Assembly: GCF_028641065.1 (NCBI RefSeq)
Contig: NC_073390.1
Span: 33,728,001-33,792,000, forward strand
Reading direction: 5' to 3'
DNA length: 64,000 bases
Source: Leucoraja erinacea
Taxonomy: Eukaryota
This document shows, piece after piece, positions 1 to 13,499 of this stretch (positions are counted from its first letter, which is position 1; each line of letters opens with the position of its first letter). Below the pieces are notes generated by a model. It was not told where the DNA came from. It was given only the letters and a program-made list of their open reading frames with translations, and searched no databases. The translations under genes and the position numbers were made by a program.

Positions 1-1644
1 ATATTCATAGGCATTCCCTTACTTACTACCAATGTTACCTCCCCAGCAAATTCAAGCAGATTTAATAAACATTCCTACCCTCACTTGTCCCCAATTTTAA
101 ACACTTTTCTGAAATCTTGTTTATGATTGTAAATGATACAGGCATTAGTATCTCTGCTTCCTTTCCCTGTCAGCTTGGATCAGTTGATAACACTCTCCTT
201 GAGCCAAGCAGTTGTGAATTATTTATCATATGCGACGCCAATCTAATATTGGTGCTAAAATTGTCTTGATGCAGCAATATGGAAATGCTACAGTTTTGAG
301 GTCCGGGTGTGATCAGGAGCTTCCTTGTGCAAGGCTCTCTCATCAAAAATCTGAAATTCAATGCATCTCTGACGTTTAAGTTGTTCATTAAAACCTATCT
401 TTTTCATCAATGCTTTAATTGTCTGGAATCTCTTTCTTTTGCTCAATGTCAGTCGTTGTTGTTTGAGAACAATTCTTCATAACCCCGAGGTTTTACAATA
501 TTTTAGTTACCATGTGTGGAAAGTATTCTTACATTATAATTACAATAAAAATGTGGAAGAAAGGAATTCATCAGCAAAAAAAGGAATTCATCATTTATAA
601 GCGAAAAGGAATAATGGAGTGGGGAATTATGTTCAGATGCTTCTTTAAATTGAATGTAAAAACCCACCTGCTTCGGACTGATTGTAGAAGCAAAATAATG
701 TCAATGTTTGTAAATCAATATACAATCCACATGATTTATGGAATTTATGCATAATTCTCCCAGATCTTGCTCTCAGTACAGTACTCAAATCTCTTTGTAA
801 TACATAGAAAATGTCAATATCTTCTCCAACTCTCCTTCTGGTAAGATCAAACATTATGAACTCTGAGCCATCTTTTGTTAACACACACTTTCACTGATAG
901 TTTTCTCACAGATCAGCAGATCAGCTCCCCCCATCACGCCATCTGAGCTGCATTTAGACAAACAATTGTCATGATTCATTTGCTGGTAACACCTCCTATC
1001 ACCCATGCTGTCCTTCCCCAGCCTACCCTTAATCCTGAAGGGATTCGGAAGATAAATATTTCATATTATGACTTTGGGGGAAATTGTTTGTTTCAAACTG
1101 GCAGAAAATTCAGTTTACGGACAATTCTCTAGAATGAATTGGAGGACGTACAGACTTTTTATGTGAAGTCAATGTAGTATTGTTTTAGTACAGGGCTTTA
1201 GAATTTACCGATAGTTTAAAAATAATGTATGTTTTATCCAGATTATTCTAGTACAACTAATATTAATTTATAATAGTAATTTGTTGTATATAAAAAAACA
1301 AATGTTATGTGTCTGCATGCTGTTTTTGATAATGGGGGTATCATTGTGCATTTTGTACACAATCTAAAATCCATGAATACATCTTTCAGAGCTCTTTGTG
1401 TTTCCCCTGTGTTTTGTTATGTCACTATGGAATAGGAACCCATAGGGGCATGTGAATTACATTGGCAATGAGTACAGAATGAAAAATAAATCATGCTGGT
1501 CAAAGTCAGGAATTTGTCACATTTTTGAGTGTCCGTACATTCTTGGTGGTAGGATGAGTTTGAAGTTTAGTGTCAGTAATTTCAACATGCAGGATTGAAT
1601 GTGAGGGGAAAAAATGAAGGTTAATGCATACTGATCAATAAGAT

Positions 1645-1836
1645 GCGTAGGAAAGAACTGCAGATGCTGGTTTAAACCGAAGATATGCACATAAAGCTGG
1701 AGTAACTCAGCGGGACAGGCAACATCTCTGGAGAGAAAGAATGGGTGACGTTTCGAGTCGACACAAAATGGCACCCATTTCTTCTCAGAGATGCTGCCTG
1801 TCCCGCTGAGTTACTGTAGCTTTTTGTGTCTATCTT
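1645..1836. mobile_element. Palindromic Penelope-end (pLTR)-derived mini-element
   Basis: Inverted arms (AGCTGGAGTAACTCAGCGGGACAGGCAACATCTCT ... AGAGATGCTGCCTGTCCCGCTGAGTTACTGTAGCT) resemble the Penelope 3' ends at 10665-10753 and 33461-33548. Flanked by a perfect 14-bp direct repeat CTGATCAATAAGAT (1631-1644, 1837-1850). Confidence 0.8.
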
Positions 1837-1984
1837 CTGATCAATAAGATTATTTGCCCAACCAGGAATGTATAGCTCAGACCTAGGTGGAGAAACAGGA
1901 TTGATGAGATATCTCTGAGAGCCAGGGTAGACTTTATGGGCCAAATGGTCTCCCTCCCTCTCCCCACAAGGAAATATGAGAAAT

Positions 1985-2173
1985 TCCCCTTCTCCTCCCC
2001 TTCCTATCTCTCCCTCAGCCCTCGGGCTTCTCCTCCTCCTTTTTCCTTTTTTCTCCCCGCCCCCCCCACCCCCCGTCAGTCTGAAGAAGGGTTTCGGCCT
2101 GAAACGTTGCCTATTTCCTTCGCTCCATAGATGCTGCTGCACCCACTGAGTTTCTCCAGCTTTTTTGTGTACC
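1985..2173 (+). mobile_element. 5'-truncated Penelope 3' UTR/pLTR fragment with hammerhead-like core
   Basis: Pyrimidine tract followed by CTGAAGAAGGGTTTCGGCCTGAAACGTT, near-identical to 33465-33547. 10-bp TSD TATGAGAAAT (1975-1984, 2174-2183). Confidence 0.85.
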
Positions 2174-2893
2174 TATGAGAAATACAAGAAATCTGTTATA
2201 TCAGGAATCTTGGCATTTGTAAAATAGTGTATGAACCCCTTAGTCCTTATGTAGCATGGATAATAAGGTTCTTTAGAACTGGCGAAATTGTTGAAATTAA
2301 GATTGAGGACAAAAGTTTCCCTGTTCAAATGAAAACCAGACAGGAATATAAAAAAGCAACCTTACTAACATAGATGACTTGTAGAAATGCATCGCTTCGG
2401 CAGCTCTCCTGGCAAATGGAAGATGTTTGTTTTATGAGGTTACAGTGAAATTGCAGAATCATTCTCACCAGCAGTTTTGGCCCTTTGTCAAACTGCAAAC
2501 TTGGATTCAGAAACCAAAGGTAAGGCAAGAATAAATCTGTCTCATTAAATTCCAAACATTGATGTATGAGTTTACATGCGGAACAGTAGATGAGTAAATA
2601 CAATCTAAGAGATTAAATATTTGAGATTTAACACTTAAACGGGTCTGTAAATTTGATGCATTATGCAAAAGTAGTCTGGAATTTCAGTAGGTGTACAGGT
2701 CTGTGCTAATCAATGAACAGCAAAAGCAAAGGCAAAAAGCCTGGGTCGGGTGAGCAGTTTGGCCTAATAGACAAAGAGGGTGGCAAAAACTGCTGCTAAT
2801 ACAACTGAGATCATTCTTTGCATGTATCCTGCTTGTGCTAGCAGTGACATTCTTTAACTACTAAAAGAAAGGCCATGTAGTAGAAGACATATG

Positions 2894-4651
2894 TAGGTCC
2901 CTTGCAATCAGAGACAGGTGAATTTATAATGGGAAACAAAGAAATGGCAGGACAGTTAAACAACTACTTTGGTTCTGTCTTCACTAAGAGAGACACAAAC
3001 AATCTCCCAGAAATACTAGGGGACTGAGGATCTAGTGGGAGTGGGGAACCGAAGGGAATTAATCAGGAAATGGTGTTAGGTAAACTGTTGAGACTGAAGG
3101 CAGATAAATCCCCAGGGCCTGACGGTCTGCATCCCAGAGTACTCAAGGAGGTTGCTCTATAAATCGTGGATGCATTGGTGATAATTTTCCAATGTTCTCT
3201 TCACTCTGGATCAGTTCCTGTGGACTGGAGGGTGGCCAATGTAACCCCACTTTTTAAGAAAGGAAGGAGAGAGAAAACGGGGAATTATAGACCAATTAGC
3301 TTCACATCGGTAGTGGGGAAGGTGCATGAGTTGATTGTTAAAGATGTTTATAGCAGTGCATTTGGAAAGCAATTACAGGATCAGCAAAGTCAGCATGGAT
3401 TTATGAAGAGGAAATCATGTTTTACTAATCTTCTGGAATTTTTTGAGGATGTAACAAGTAGAATGGATAAGGGAGAGCCAGTGAATGTGGTGTATCTGGA
3501 CTTTCATAAAGCCTTTGACAAGATCCCACACAAGAGATTAGTGTGTAAAATGGGAGCACATGGTATTGGGGGTGGGGTATTGACATGGATAGAGAACTGG
3601 ATGGCAGACAGGAAGCAACGAGTAGGAATTAACGAGTCCTTTTTCAAAATGGCAGGTAGTGACTAGTGGGGTACCGCATGTCTCAGTGCTGGGACCCCAG
3701 TTATTTACAATATTTATTAATAATTTATACGAGGGAATTAAATGTGACATCTCTAAGTTTGCGGATGACGCAAAGCTGGTTGGCAGTATGAGCTGCGATG
3801 AGAATGCAATGAGACTGCAGGATGACTTGGATGGGTTGGGTGGGTGCGCAGATTCATGGCAGATGCAGTATAATGTAGATAAAAGTGAGGTTATCCACTT
3901 TGGTGGCAAGAACAGGAAGGCAGACTATTATATGAATGGTGGCAGATTAGGAAAAGGGGAGGTGCAATGAGACCTGGGTGTGCTTGTACATCAGTCACTG
4001 AAAGTAAGCATGCCGGTACAGTAGGCAGTGAAGAAAGCTACATTGCGAGAGGATTTGAGTTTAGGAGCAAGGAGGTCCTACTACAGTTGTACAGGAACCT
4101 GGTGAGACCGCACCTGGAATATTGTGTGCAATTTTGGTGATTTGAGGAAGGATATTATTGCTATTGAGGGAGTGCAACATAGGTTCACCAGGTTAATTCC
4201 TGGGATGGCAGGACTGACATATGATGAAAGAATGGGTCGACTGGGCTTGTATTCACTGGAATTTAGAAGGGTGAGAGGGGATCTTATAGAAACATATAAA
4301 ATTCTTACCTGTCCAATCCTTTAAGATGCTGGAAAAATGCTTGTGATGTTGGGGGAGTCTAGAACCAGGGGTCACAGTTTAAGAATAAGGGGTCGGCCAT
4401 TTATGACTGAGATGAGGAAAAGCGTTTTCACACAGAGAGTTGTGAATCTGTGGAATTCTCTGCCACAGAAGGCAGTGGAGGCCAATTCACTGGATGATTT
4501 CAAGAGAGAGTTAGATTTAACTCTTAGGGCTAAAGGAATCAATGGGATATTGGGAAAAAGCAGGAGCGGGGTACTGATTCTAGATGATCATATTGAACGG
4601 TGGTGCTGACTCAAAGGGCCAAATGGCCTACTTCTGCACCTATTTTTCTAT
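2894..4651 (+). mobile_element. CR1 LINE, 5'-truncated, decayed ORF2 (RT)
   Basis: Frameshifted ORFs carry VPVDWRVANVTPLFKKG, GNYRPIS, YLDFHKAFD, SKFADD and RVVNLWNSLP. CR1-type 3' end GGGCCAAATGGCCTACTTCTGCACC. Confidence 0.93.
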
Positions 4652-7600
4652 CAGAGAAATATACAAAACAGCGAGGCTTGTACAATAGAATCTACATTAT
4701 GGATACTGTGTAAATATGTTTTTTAGTTTGAGCTTACCTATGTTGCTGTGAGGTAATGCAATATTCGAATAGATGGAGTTAGTGTGCTTGGAATGGACAT
4801 GTGCCTTTTTCCAAACTTCCTATTAACATCTGTGTACAGGCAACTGAGGGTTCCTGTAAGGAAGTTAAAGTTTAGTGACTTCAGAAACTATAGGTCAAAT
4901 CACTTGTTTTGAGTCATCTCCTATTACACACATTGCAGAAGATTTGATACTTAAATATGAAATTAATGGAAATTGAGCAAAATCTATGCAAAGTCTATAG
5001 GGTCACTTACCTAGAAAATGATAATGGTGAATAAATACACACCAGTCAGCTGCCACCAGTCCCATCTCTCTGTGGATCTATTTGGCCACCTATGGCAGAT
5101 ATCTCAATGGCTTGAAAGATACAACTGTTGCTGGCTTCACAAAATCATCTACTGAAATGATAAGCAAGCCATCTTCAGTGACCTCTCCTCGGCTAATATC
5201 TCCAGAAAGAGACATTACTTTCCATTGGGTGTACTGAGTGTGCCACATCCTTTGCATGGCAAACACTGGACTCCTAATCTGTTTGTGGTTTGCAGAATCT
5301 GTGTGTAATGTGATTATTAGACAGGGAAAGAAAAAAAAATTCAAGGATGCATTCAAAGTCTCCTTGTAAAAAATGTAAGATTCCCATAGCCTCCTGGGAA
5401 TTTCTAAGCCGCACCAACTACAAATGAGGAGAGACCTTCGGGGAGATGTTGAAATCTTCGAGTCCATGCTTTGGGTACATGCAAAAGCTAGTTAGGGGCA
5501 GAAGGAGAATGAATACACTACCCATTCAGCCCATCTGCCACCTCCACTCCATCCCAATATGAGAATGTTTCCCACATTAGCTTAATCAGTCATCTGAGAG
5601 CCTACAAAACTGGATTGTTGTCATCCTCAATCCCATGGGAAAGAAGACGAAGAAGAAATAGAAGCGGGTTTGAAATATTAGGTAGAACAGCCTTTGTCAA
5701 TCCTCATATTGAATTAGGTGAAGGGTTTTTTGGGCACGGGATCTCTCAGGTATTCAACAATTCATAACTTATTTGTAAACTCCATTTTGCTTGTCATCTA
5801 ATTGTATTCTTGGTGTTGTACTTTATCTCATGTTCAGTTCTTTTTCGGCAATTGACCAGTTTAAGATTTGGTAAGAAATAAGATTTGTACAAATATTATT
5901 GCAAGTTTATGGAACTTGGTAACAGTGAAAGCAGTTAACACCATCCAAATTTACGGACAAGATAAGCTCCAATGTGAAAGTAATTACTTTATGTAGAATG
6001 CATAACATGTAATGTTACGTATAATATGAAAAAGGGAGCAGGTTAAAACTTGAACATTATTTGGAGATATGCTAAATAAGGCAATTGGTTTTGCAATTTG
6101 CGAAACGCAAGGCTGTACAATTGGCATCTATAATTTAGCCAGAGGTCTGGAGTGAACAATACAATTTAGTTTCTTGCATTCATCATAATCACAAGTTAGT
6201 TACATTTTTGTTACTTGCATTCATCGCAATCACAAAAGTTAGTTTCCAATCAAGTCTATTCACCCCACATGATATGAAGAAACACTGCAAAACACTGGAT
6301 TGAGCAAAGTTATGGGATCAGCTAATATCTTGGTTGCATTATTGAAGGTCTTACTTCCAGAACTCTCTATGCTTCTGGTCACATTGCTCCAGTGTGATTA
6401 CAACACTGGTATCAACCGAACAATGTGTCAAATTGTCCAGGTATGTCTTGCCAGATGTTATATCTTCCATCCAGTTTTCTCTGCTCTCAGAGAAGTACCT
6501 GGTGCTCTCCCAAATGCTTCTCTCCAATTTGAATCAAGAATGGGCCAATAAACCAGGGTGCCAACTTACGGGACTCCACACGGAGAAGGAGATCTCGGGT
6601 GGACAGCCATACTCTCTGACCAGGGCGATAGCGAGGAGCAGGGGTCCAGTGATGATCCGCCTGTTATCTGTACCTGGAAGAAGTGCAGAGCAGGCAGAAC
6701 GGACCTCCTTGTGCACAAACTCCAGGGCAGAGGGAACGATGACCTCCTCCTCTTGGTCTGGGAACAGAGGTGGCTGATAACCAAGGAAGCAGTGGCATGG
6801 AGACAGACCGGTGGCGGAACTGGGCAGAGAATTGTGGGCATATTCTATCCATACCAATTTGCTAGACCAGGTGGTAGGTTTGGCAGACACCAGGTAACAT
6901 GGGGTGGTCTCCATGGCCTGGTTGTCCCTCTCCGACTGACCATTAGATTGTGGATGGAACCCAGAAGAGAGGCTGGCGGAGGAGCCAATCAGGGAGCAGA
7001 AAGCCTTCCAAAATTGAGAGGTGAACTGCGGACCCCTGTCAGAGACGATGTCTCGAGGGAAATCATGGAGTCTGATGACCTGGTTAACGATGAGGTGAGC
7101 GAGTTCACAGCAGATGGGAGCTTAGGAAGAGGAAGGAAATGAGCAGCCTTGGAGAAACGGTCCACAATGGTAGGAATATCTATGTTACCCTTGGACGGAG
7201 GCAAGCCAGTGATGAAGTCCAGGGCGATGTGGGATCAGGGACGGCGGGGAACAAACCGGGGATGAAGGAGACCAGAGGGAGGCTGAAGGGACGTCTTATT
7301 CTGTTCACAGGCAGAGACGAAAGACCGGGTGCGGCTTCCATGGTAGGCCACCAGATCCGCTGGCACAGCAGGTAGAGGGTGCAGCCGACACCAGGATGAC
7401 AGGTGAGATTAGAGGAATGGGCCCACTGGAGTACTTCAAAGCAGGTGGAGACCGGGACAAGTAAGTTAATCGTGGGTTCAGAACCAGGATGACGCTGGGC
7501 ATAGCGAACTGTGGTCTTGGTTTCCCAGGTGATGGAGCCCGCTGGCAGGTGGGAGGCAGAATGGGTTTGTGGGAATGGTTGTCCTGGTCGGAACAGAACT

Positions 7601-9069
7601 GGGGGGAGAGGGAGTCAGGCTTGACATCATTGCACCCAGGATGGTATGACAAGGTAAAGTTAAACCGGGTGAAAAACAGAGTCCGCTCAACAGGGGTTGA
7701 GCTGCTTTGCCGAATGCAGGTACTCCAGGTTCTTGTGGTCCGTCCAGACTTGGAATGGCTGCTCAGTGCCCAGTGCCAGCAGTTCTCTGTTTGCCGATGT
7801 CATCATTCCTCTCAGCCGGGGAGAGGCGGCGAGAGAAGAAAGCACAGGGGTCTTCTGGTCTTTGGAGAACCATTGGGAAAGCACCATCCCAACTCCTACA
7901 TCAGAGGTGTCAACCTCCACCACAAACTGACGGGCCGGGTCAGGATGCTCCAGGATGAGGGCGGTAGTGAAGCGTAGAATAAACGTCCTGGAATGCCCCC
8001 TCAGCAGCAGGGGACCAGGCAAACTTGAAGGCGGTAGATGTGAGAGCTGTGAGAGGAACTGCCAGGGTGCTGTAGTTGCAGATAAAGCGGCGGTAAAAAT
8101 TGGCAAAGTCAAGGAAGAGTTGTAGCTCCATCCAACTGGTAGGATCAGGCCAATCTACCACCACCCTCACCTTTCTGGATACATCTCGACATGGCCAGCA
8201 GAGAGGATGTATCCCAGGAAAGTCACCGTGGGCTGGTGGTATACACACTTCACCTTGACGGAGAGCTGGTTCTCCCATTGTCGCTGCAGGACGAGACAGA
8301 CATGGCCGGAATGATCCACTGGAGAGCTAGAGTAGATGAGGATGTCATCCAGGTAAACAAAGCCAAACCGGTTCGGCATGTCCTGGAGCACACTATTGAC
8401 CAGAGCCTGGAAGACAGCCGGGACGTTGGTCAGGCTGAAGGGTACTTGTAATGCCCGCTGGGTGTGTTGAAGGCTGTCTTCCACTCATCTCCTTCCTTGA
8501 TGTGAATCAAATGGTAGGCATTGCGTAGATCCAGTTTGGTAAACATGGTGACATGCTGCAGGCAGTTGAAGACAGAGGAGATGAGGGGCAAGGGGTAACA
8601 GATTTGACAGTGATGTCATCCAGGCCTCGATAGTCAATGCAAGGGTGAAGGTCGCCATCCTTCTTACAAAGAAAAATTCTGCCCCGGCAGGAGAGGAGGA
8701 TGGATGAATTAAACCAGCTGCCAGAGACTACGAAATGTATCTCTCCATGGCGTTGGTCTCAGGAGCAGAGAGCGAGTACAGACGACCGCAGGGTGGAAAA
8801 GTACCAATCAATGGCACAATCATAAGGACGGTGAGGAGGTAAAGAGGTGGCTCAGAACTTGCAGAAGCACTCTTTCAGGTCATGGAACTCAGATGGTACT
8901 TTGGACAGGTCAGGATTGTCACTAGGGGAGGTGAGGGGAAGACAAGCGGAGCGAAGACAATTAACATGACAATTCTCCCCCCAAGTGGAGACCTGGCAGA
9001 AGTCCAGCTCTCTCTCCCAGGCAGTTGTACCCCAGGCTGAAGCACATCCTGACATCAGGGAGATGGCAT

Positions 9070-9191
9070 AGGCTACTTTGGTGTGTGTCTTGGTTCTTTT
9101 CTTATATGACTGCAGAAACCAAATTTCGTTTGAACCTCATGTGAGGTTCAAATGACAAATAAATGGGTATTGTATTGTATTGTATTGTATT
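9070..9191 (+). mobile_element. Rex1/Babar-like LINE 3' tail inserted in the Gypsy element
   Basis: Stem-loop TTTGAACCTCA-tg-TGAGGTTCAAA, then TGACAAATAAA and a (TATTG)n tail, the same layout as other Rex-like tails in the window. Confidence 0.6.
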
Positions 9192-9772
9192 GGAGCATTC
9201 AGTGCAGAAGCGGGACGGTTGTAGCTCAAAAAACAAACAGCACTGGGATAGGAATGACCTGCAGGTAGAAGGATCACCATGGTGGGTAGAACTGGTTCCA
9301 GAATGGGCTGGATACAGCTGGAAGTGGACAGAGGCGGAGAGACATTAGCGGAGGCAGGAGGAATTGACAGCAGTGCGAGGTGTACCAGGAGCTGGTCGAC
9401 ACTGGTTGTTAACTGCTGGACGGTATACGTAAGTCAGTCTATTCGACCAGTAAGTTGGTCTATTCGAAGCTTATGGGTGCAGAACAGCCTTATAAACATG
9501 ATCCAATATCTCCTCAGTCCTGGAACTGGGGGAATCCAAACTCTGGTCGAGCTGACCAGGATTGCCTGCCGAGTCCATACTGGCCAACTAATCTGTCAGA
9601 AGGCTCAGAAATGGAAAGGTCTCGAATGCATGCTCACCGAGAGGTACTGAAAAAAACCCCAAAATCCAAGCTCAAATGGAACCGAAAGATATACAGTAGA
9701 TCTGGAACAAGCAGAACTCAGAACTGCTATCAAATTGACATAATGCAGAACTGATTAGTCAGCACCCAATTG

Positions 9773-10753
9773 GTCTACGCCGCATCTTCGCCCAGGATAG
9801 TGTATGCCGCATCTGCGCCCAGGATGAGGTGTTCCATACTAGGGCATCGGAGATATCCTCATTCTTTAGGAAACAGGGGTGTTCCCTTCTTACATTATAG
9901 ATGAGGCTCTCACAAGGGTCTCCTCAATATCCCGCAGCTCCGCTCTTACTCCCCCTCCCCCCATTCGCAACAAGGACAGAGTCCCCCTTGTCCACACCTT
10001 CCACCCCATCGCATTCAGCATATAATCCTCCAACATTTTCACCACCTGCAACGGGATCGCACTATTGGCCACATCTTCCCATCTCCACCCCTTTCTGCTT
10101 TCCGCAGAGACCGTTCCCTCCAAAACTCCCTGGTCAACTCGTCCCTTTCCACCCAAACTACCTCCTCCCCGGGTACTTTCCCCTGTAGGAGATGCAACAC
10201 CTGTCCCTCGACTCCATCCAAGGACCCAAACAGTCTTTCCAGGTGAGGCAGAGGTTCACTCATCTTTCAACCTCATCTACTGTATCCGCTGTTTCAGGTG
10301 TCAACTTCTCTACATCGGCGAGACCAAGCACAGGCTCAGCAATCATTTCACTGAACACCTCCGCTCAGTCCATCTTAACCTACCTGAACGCCCGGTGGCT
10401 CAGCACTTCAATTCCCCCTCCCATTCCCAATCTGACCTTTCTGTCCTGGTGCTCCTCCATTGTCAGAGTGAGGCCTAGCGCAAATTGGAGGAACAGCACC
10501 TCATATTTTGCTTGGGTAGTTTACAGCCCAACAGTAGGAACATTGACCGCTAACTTCAGATAGGCTTTGCTTTCTCCCTCCATCCCTTTCCCCTTCCCAG
10601 TTCTCCCACTAGTCTTACTGTCTCCGATTACAAACTATCTTTGTCCCGCCCCCTCCCCTGACATCAGTCTGAAGAAGGGTCTTGACCCGAAACGTCACCC
10701 ATTCCATCTCTCCAGAGATGCTGCCTCACCCTCTGAGTTTTTTGGGTCTACCT
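9773..10753 (+). mobile_element. Decayed Penelope-like element (RT C-terminus, GIY-YIG, 3' pLTR)
   Basis: Collinear with 32555-33547. NLIYCIRCFRCQLLYIGETKHRL motif. Hammerhead-like CTGAAGAAGGGTCTTGACCCGAAACGTC at 10669-10696. Confidence 0.92.
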
Positions 10754-13499
10754 CGTGATGATCTCAGGTATTTATACGAAGTGATAGATTAGGGCGGTAG
10801 CGATAGATTAGGGGAGCAGAGTAAATGCAGGTGTAACTCCAAATAGCTCAGTGGAGGAGTGTGGAAAGAGTCTCAAGTCTCTGTAGGTGTGACATGTGTG
10901 ACACAGTAAGACTTTGCAAACATCCTTGAAGTGAGCTGATCGCTGTTATCTGTGCCTTGATGCTGAATATGTTGGCTTAAGAGATGAAGCTAATATTGTC
11001 CAACAGAGCATTTGGAGATTTTTTATTGGTAGTGTTGGGGATAATTTTCTAGTGTTTTAAACACATTGCTGTAAGTTATTCCATGTCTGAGTCATGTAAG
11101 AAGATTAGATAACAACTGCTCAGTAAACCAGGAGATTGGCATTGGGTTTGATGTCTTTGTCATCACATAATCTCCTCCTCAGGTGGGCAGAAATTGAAAA
11201 CAGTACTGAATATCATGGCTCTTCAATGCAGCAAGGGCTTTGGGACGATGCAGTGCTCATATTTCTAATGTTTCTTGGATTATGACTGGGTTATGTGGTA
11301 TCACAGGAGATAGTTGGCAATGGACTTCTGTTTTCTGGACATTTGTTTCACCCATGCTCTTAGGAATTTTGGTGAAGAGTGAGTAAAACTTCAATAATCA
11401 ACTATCAGACTATTCTTAAATACCGATGACATCTGGCTCTCTGAGTGCTGATTCCCGCTTTAAAATACCAGAACCCTGGTTGATGCCCATCCTCCCACTT
11501 ACCAGGGCCCCAAATCCCACCATTTCTTCCACTCACAGGGTGGCCCAAGTTGCTACACTTCCTTCCACTCGCTGGAGTTTCAGTTCTTGCAATCATTTTA
11601 AACTCATCTAATTCTGTCACTGTAAAAATTATGATTCTACAGCATGACAACTTAATAAAATGTATTATAAGTGTGTGGGAGTTACATTTACATGCAATTA
11701 CATCTCCATACAAATCCATTCATCCAGCACCACCAAAGTCCCACCTATGGTGGATTATCAGACCTCTGCTATATCTATGATGATCCAAATGTGTGCACAG
11801 ACAGATTTATTTTGTGTATTGTATTTGATTGATGTTGGAGTGATCTTGGCTTAGAGGTGGAGGTGGTGAACAGTTTCCTTAACTCCACGTTAGTAAGGAA
11901 TTTGTTGAAGATGGGGTCACGTATGGTGGCAAGGAAGATTAGGGAGATAGTTGGCGATGAGCCAATCCGACTTGCTTGGAACAGATGAAACTATTGAAGT
12001 ATGAAAACATGTTTAGGATATTTAGTATGTGAATTCACAGGCACAGTTCTTCATCTGGGAAGAGGAGAGCATACTAGGAGGCCAGGATTATGATAATCTT
12101 CAAATTTGATCATGGTATATACTGTGGAATAATCCCGTTGTCTGCCACAGGAAAAATAACCACAACAAAGACCACCTTGCATTGATAGAAATGCTCTTCC
12201 CAGTCATCACAAGGTCAAATCACAATGGATATGATCATTAATTTATAATAATGCCAGTAAAGGTGTGGAAGGAGCTATAATCATTACACACAAAAACTTT
12301 TAATTCCATTAGCCAGAGAGAGTTATGATTAAAAATTCTCCTCAAATTTGTGCATCCAGAAAAAATATTACAAGCTTTACTTCAGAAGAACATGCATTCT
12401 TACCAATGGATCCATCATGGACCTGGTTCTTTATTAATCACATAGAAAGGGAATGCAATTGAGCTCCACTACAAGGGAATATAATACAAACACTTTGAAG
12501 GGAAGTCATACACACATTACAAATAAAACATTTTGAGCTGTGGGTATTACTGACAACTGAACATGTATTGGCCCTTGAGAAAGTGGGAGTAAGTCACGGT
12601 TTGAGCCGCTGTAGTCATCATGGTGAAGAGGGTCACACAATAGAGCAGGAGTTTCAAGATTTGCACCAAGAAATATTGAAGGGGCAATGAAATATTTCTA
12701 CGTCAGGCTGATGCGTGACATAGAGGGAAACTTATAGATGGCCCCAAATGATCTCTGCACTTAATTCAATAACATCTCCAGACAAAGCAATTCATCCAGC
12801 ACCATAGATTTGGGAGGTTCTATTGGAATAAGCAAGCAAAGTAACTGTAGCGCAATTTGTAAATGGCACACAGTGCAGCTACAGCACTTGGTTGGTGGGG
12901 GGAATCAATGTTTAGGTGGTGGGATGTGTTGCCAATCAAGCAATCCTTGAGGAGAGGAAGGTGCTTCAAATAGATAACAAGTGAATTTCATACAACACAC
13001 CTCCAGAGAATGTAATACGACCACATAGTAAGGAAATACAATAGAAATACATAACCTTGGCATTAAATATCCCCAACAGTTTACAGAGGCGGAATGGTGG
13101 AGTGCAGCACATATATTGTCGCTTGTAGGGCGATTGAGAATCCGATGGCTCACAATGGATTTTGTTAAGGCATTTCTGAAACATCGACCAGTCACATAAC
13201 GGACTACCAGATGAACCATCTGTTTAAATAATCCGGTTGATGTGACAGGCGACATCGGAGTCAATAAATCAAGGTATTATTTTATGCGATTTTCTTTTGT
13301 TGCGACTGTTTAATCAAACACCATGAGCTTCATTCTGGACATGCCTCGTTTCTAAATTGAACCATGCTTAGACATTCACGTGAAATATTTCTCAAAAGGA
13401 AAGCTTTTCTCAAATTCCGCGCTCCAATTATTTTAATAGGTTTCTTCAAAAATGGGTGTTGTTCGTTCGAGACTGTAGACACCTCCATTATTTAAATAT

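Larger units (their letters stand above)
6535..10903 (-). mobile_element. Decayed Ty3/Gypsy LTR retrotransposon (5' LTR, gag, pol), 3' end lost
   Basis: Minus-strand fragments: RT YLDDILIYS, RNase [12 protein letters not shown] and [11 protein letters not shown], integrase [10 protein letters not shown] and IEYAHNSLPSSATGLSP, GPY/F motif [10 protein letters not shown] near 6540. Probable gag ATG at 9578. Putative LTR about 9594..10903 (minus strand TGTCAC...TGACA, TATAAATA near 10770), interrupted by a Penelope fragment. Confidence 0.88.

Noticed and set aside
5090-5660. Possible very old RTE-like LINE remnant on the minus strand
   Set aside because: Too degenerate to classify by eye.
9772-10751. 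GGTCTAC at both ends of the Penelope fragment as a TSD
   Set aside because: Both occurrences overlap element-derived sequence, so it cannot be called a target duplication.
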